Shown here: positions 48,901-50,392 of the stretch, one piece after another | How positions within the stretch are numbered: position 1 is the stretch's first letter | Layout: the number at the start of each line of letters is the position of its first letter | Virus record (IMG/VR): IMGVR_UViG_3300037847_004028 | Coordinates: 1-50,392 of that record | Strand: one strand, 5' to 3' | DNA length: 50,392 bases | Source: a virus | Taxonomy: Duplodnaviria > Caudoviricetes | The notes under the pieces: model-generated | Seen by the model: the letters and a program-made list of their open reading frames with translations, nothing else | What the model was told of the DNA's origin: nothing | The model's database searches: none | Position numbers and translations under genes: made by a program

Positions 48901-49643
48901 GGGCTGGTGGTGGTGATTACAATACTGCGATTGGTTATCAAGCATTTAAAGGTGCAGTAAATGGTGCGGATAATAATACAGCTATTGGTGCTACTGCTTT
49001 AAATGTTGTTACTACTGGAAGTGATAATGTGGCGGTAGGTACTGGAGCTGGTTTAAGCGTAACGACTGGATATGATAATTCATTACTAGGAAAATTTGCT
49101 GGTAAAGGTTTAACAACTGGCGATGGGAATACGCTTGTTGGCGATGGTGCTGGAAATAATATTACACAAGGTAGAAGAAATACAGTTATTGGAAAAGGTG
49201 CAACTACATCAGCAGATGGTGCATTAGACCAAATTGTTATTGGTTGGGGAGCAACTGGAGTTGGAGATACTTCTGCAATGATAGGTGGCTCACAAGTTAC
49301 TGATGTATATATGGGTGACAATGGATCGTCTTGGAGTACTACATCAGATGGTAGATTAAAAGAAAATATTAAAGAATGGACTACTGGCTTAGATGCAATA
49401 AATAAACTAAGGATCGTAGAATATAATTTTAAAGAAGATAATCCATATAATTATAACCATGAGAAAAAACGTCAAGGTATCATAGCACAAGAAGCTATAG
49501 AAGCAATACCTGAAATGATTAAAGATGATGGTGAATGGTTATCCGCTAACCAAGAGCCAATGATTTGGGCATTAGTAAATGCCGTACAAGAATTGACAAA
49601 GAAAGTCAATGAACTCGAAACTAAACTAAATAAGGAAAACTAA
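42978..49643 (+). CDS. Long tail fibre with C-terminal peptidase S74 intramolecular chaperone
   Basis: 11 VGIGTxSP-type repeats, many NxAIGxxA beta-roll repeats, TSDGRLKENI...GIIAQE...LVNAVQEL. Confidence 0.9.
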   Translation: MADWKKLLVENPPASDIASSPSSGKVLKVSSNGTGLEWADDAGGAFSDNGSTATVTDRIVTIAGSSSAIPTLDINPPFSVSGTSYSRIRVQTSGRDLRFNLRNGASTSDVMTIAHNNKVGIGTSSPGQTLHVDGNIRVGDSADYIFSNKFAGLSSALVTIQSSPNNDIAFNAGGAETVRFTSDSKVGIGTSSPSTSLEISGGTSKSLLVNSTSGTSTISAQKDGNYVKLGANGTSGFIKYGNTTTSTARDLIFFEGGGSETMRLTDAGKLGIGTTSVDRTLHVKGANHQLLKLESSDSTYIDIQAGSGMGSGNAYIQKYAADGTEINRIFLGNSTDFYSKGSGGTNFYVSSNNTQALTIKNNANIGIGTNAPSHKFHINHSSSTSLGLYVAHSADEYGGLAKFYTNSSNNTARSLVEIHSDNASSSNIIPLKIIQDAGSTALHVVGEILTTGNFQVEKSYPDIMTKSNDEGRIGFMDAGGSIRSGMKNGGTGILKFIAGGNVERMRITTDGIVGINTTSPDSNSILHIVDGAGTMPTTHAGDSLIVQNNANTTDVSAIYAIAGTDGSSHIVFGDADSKNPGRVSYYHNSDYMSFHTNTTEQMRITSAGNVGIGTTSPLQPLHIESNNNNSDASVIIKNHNADGTCGISFRSGSANNISIGIEKIGSNFAIQTGVGLGSGTRLFTVTPNGSVGIGTSSPSGAKLHVYDASSSVGLKVERGNGSLGLVSAGGSTTFFGTGDATDVEIGTNSSTLMFFDHSNSNIGIGTSSPSDKLHVADTGTDSDGRIRSSSQNVTSSIGSAEGDNRYFFAGAGLEIMTNTNHDIRFGTNVTAGNATPKMVLDTSGRLGIGTSSPTEKLHVAGNILLPTNASSLSHKIRLTGDSTHEIYSDSYTLRYDANVGHRWNSAGGNTMTGGAGTIEFKHSTSQKYIRPGFAGFHLQASHDGGFGFVTVGSTSTYTAIEPVYTDNNTSGLKFNSRASGSTTERMRITSAGNVGIGTSSPARPFHVHVSNTGANFIHVTNTSTGSGANDGMEFGVNGTDGYVWNRENGNIYFGTNDSTTMFLSNTGRVGIGTTSPSTSLDVNGNIKAGGTSRVYFNTNATGIGSSTVNELDVFSFGNMDISTENSSTSISFKPVGTTRFKLDSTSFISLSNNDNGTANTLFGKYAGLLTTSGAQRNVYVGELVASSNAKSGDYNVGVGYTALQTISSASNCIGIGNEAGFRITTGSSNTAVGSKALKYNQTGQNNTAIGTDAMLGVLQNSCSSNTAVGASSMYSITDGANNVAIGYNSAYSLTDGDANIAIGKDALYSQTSRNNNIAIGYLALYDLNDKAKNVAIGTEASEHLNGENNISIGYRTLKGSNGNSDGIGNVAVGGQALEDITTGDNNVAIGINAGNSITTSSSSVFVGSSAGSSTIGNTGLVLIGRNAGPNVTGSRVIAIGNASLNTGTAGSYCIAMGYNALNVVTGADNIGIGYRTGYETTDGEDNIFIGSSAGNNGNLSQNVYIGYTAGKGVTGNDNSKNVAIGFETFKRVTTGTRNVALGYNALSYSTTGGYNVAIGYESMKGVVTGDGVNVAVGYNSLLNLTSGNNNVALGGNSLEDMTTGFANVAIGRYSARDLVGGSLTVAIGHGALISEAGADTTVAVGAQALNSQNMTTGTDSNNVGIGYLTSYYNVTGVSNTAIGASAMKGANGQSHSQNTAIGANSMLSVTTGSNNSSLGQNSLYSLTTGANNVALGKSNSFGITTGTYNVGIGNNGGKSNQTGSYNVSIGNQAMQGVSGNSHSNNVAIGNQSMLGVTTSSENVAIGSSSLQSATTGNKNIAIGYQTLRYNVTGAHNIALGHEALEGSSGNSYSHNTAIGVATLKGITTGGQNVAVGNYAGDALTTGTSNVVVGYNAFSSADGSENNNVVIGFNAGSSINSNSTQANVLIGSFCGEGGTGYITRTVAIGDDTLNNTNSRNVGYGTFVGSEAGGGTWAGGGDYNTAIGYQAFKGAVNGADNNTAIGATALNVVTTGSDNVAVGTGAGLSVTTGYDNSLLGKFAGKGLTTGDGNTLVGDGAGNNITQGRRNTVIGKGATTSADGALDQIVIGWGATGVGDTSAMIGGSQVTDVYMGDNGSSWSTTSDGRLKENIKEWTTGLDAINKLRIVEYNFKEDNPYNYNHEKKRQGIIAQEAIEAIPEMIKDDGEWLSANQEPMIWALVNAVQELTKKVNELETKLNKEN

Positions 49644-49645
49644 AA

Positions 49646-49885
49646 ATGGCAGATAAGTATACTAAAAAAGCCGTTGAATCTTCAGAAAGTTCTGCACCAG
49701 CAGATGCTTGGAAAGATGCTTTAGTTGAAAAAGAACATCAACCAGCTAAAGTAAAATCTGAAGTTTCATATAGGCAACTTGAAAACGAAGTAGCAAATCT
49801 TAATGCTGAAGCTAAAAGAATAGCTGATAGAAAATCTGAACTTGAAGCTGAAATGGCTAAAGTAAAAGCAGCAGTTGAAGCATAA
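49646..49885 (+). CDS. Coiled-coil hypothetical protein
   Basis: AAGGA SD; heptad-rich C-terminus. Confidence 0.65.
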   Translation: MADKYTKKAVESSESSAPADAWKDALVEKEHQPAKVKSEVSYRQLENEVANLNAEAKRIADRKSELEAEMAKVKAAVEA

Positions 49886-49953
49886 TGAAAAATAACTTAT
49901 AACTGCTCATTCATTTTGTTTGGGCAGTTATATAATAATGGAAGATGGTACTT

Positions 49954-50070
49954 ATGAAAAAAGATTATACAGATGAAGCAAAGGTATTGTTAATAGTTGC
50001 AATAATCTTTTATGTTTTAATCTTTGTCGCTTGTGATGGTAGTTGGAGCATTGCAGGGTACGAAATATGA
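49954..50070 (+). CDS. 38-aa putative lipoprotein/membrane peptide
   Basis: MKKDYTDEAKVLLIVAIIFYVLIFVACDGSWSIAGYEI*; lipobox-like FVA-C; ATGA coupling to the next gene. Confidence 0.5.
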   Translation: MKKDYTDEAKVLLIVAIIFYVLIFVACDGSWSIAGYEI

Positions 50071-50392
50071 GTGATGAGAAGAGTTATTCTTCACAAACAG
50101 CGAGAAGTTACAAGACAAGATTGGTTGATGATAATTTTTCTATTCATCTTAATATCAAGTGGCTTTTACAAATTTGTGTTGCCATTTCTGGTATTGTTTA
50201 TGGATACGTACAAATTACAAATAGAATTACAGATCTTGAGCGAAGAATGGAACTCGCTGATACCAACATTGAAGAACTTGTAGAAAAGCATATAGAACAA
50301 GAAGAAGTAAAGATTACAAAAATGCAAGAACAGTTAGAATGGTATGAAACAGAATTAAACTTAAATCCTTTATCTTGGGGTAAAAGAAAAAA
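50067..50392 (+). CDS. ~112-aa single-TM plus coiled-coil protein spanning the circular junction (ends at TGA 110-112); holin/i-spanin-like candidate
   Basis: ATG 50067 overlaps the upstream TGA; MSDEKSYS...WLLQICVAISGIVYGYV (TM)...RITDLERRMELAD...LSWGKRKKKRK*; reads through the terminal overlap. Confidence 0.7.
   Translation, partial: MSDEKSYSSQTARSYKTRLVDDNFSIHLNIKWLLQICVAISGIVYGYVQITNRITDLERRMELADTNIEELVEKHIEQEEVKITKMQEQLEWYETELNLNPLSWGKRK
50295..50392. repeat. Terminal direct repeat, right copy
   Basis: Identical to 2-99. Confidence 0.95.

Noticed and set aside
1097-49321. Numerous antisense or nested ORFs (e.g. 1097..1447, 9698..10072, 29359..29709, 36670..37173, 48938..49321)
   Set aside because: They are shadows of well-supported genes on the opposite strand, with no recognisable motifs
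42978-49643. Diversity-generating retroelement acting on the tail fibre
   Set aside because: No reverse transcriptase and no TR/VR pair differing only at adenines seen; repeats are protein-level modules
50071-50283. 70-aa ORF in the supplied track
   Set aside because: The overlapping frame from 50067 is longer, is coupled to the upstream gene and continues across the junction
1-50392. Stop-codon reassignment as in some crAss-like phages
   Set aside because: Genes are intact and densely packed under code 11; TAA, TAG and TGA all end genes at sensible boundaries; no suppressor tRNA seen

Overview
This window is an apparently complete, circularly permuted genome (~50.3 kb) of an AT-rich tailed phage with podovirus-like architecture. 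Bases 2-99 repeat exactly at 50295-50392, and an ORF reads across the junction. There are two gene blocks. The + strand block runs from about 29903 to the end and continues from 1 to 18824. It encodes TerS, basic microproteins, a zincin protease, TerL, a P22-like portal, scaffold, major capsid, adaptors, tail fibres, lysis genes, a metallophosphoesterase, a tail nozzle and large ejection proteins. The - strand early/replication block runs from 29606 to about 19038. It encodes a ParB-like protein, a Cas4-like exonuclease, a Rad52/Sak-like annealase, an SSB-like protein, DUF932, DnaB and a Hjc-like resolvase. I recognised no DNA polymerase, primase, integrase, tRNA or CRISPR. Main discoveries: (1) the 2345-aa ejection protein carries the ordered motif set of a single-chain two-barrel (DPBB) RNA polymerase with an unusual DHDHD catalytic loop. 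(2) The only two cysteines in ~4,360 aa of ejection proteins sit at the C-terminus of this polymerase and the N-terminus of the next protein, suggesting a disulfide daisy chain. (3) The larger intergenic gaps of the early block hold structured elements whose closing-stem G-U wobbles mostly point to the - strand, including a ~430-nt tandem array. All calls come from motif recognition by eye; no database searches were run.
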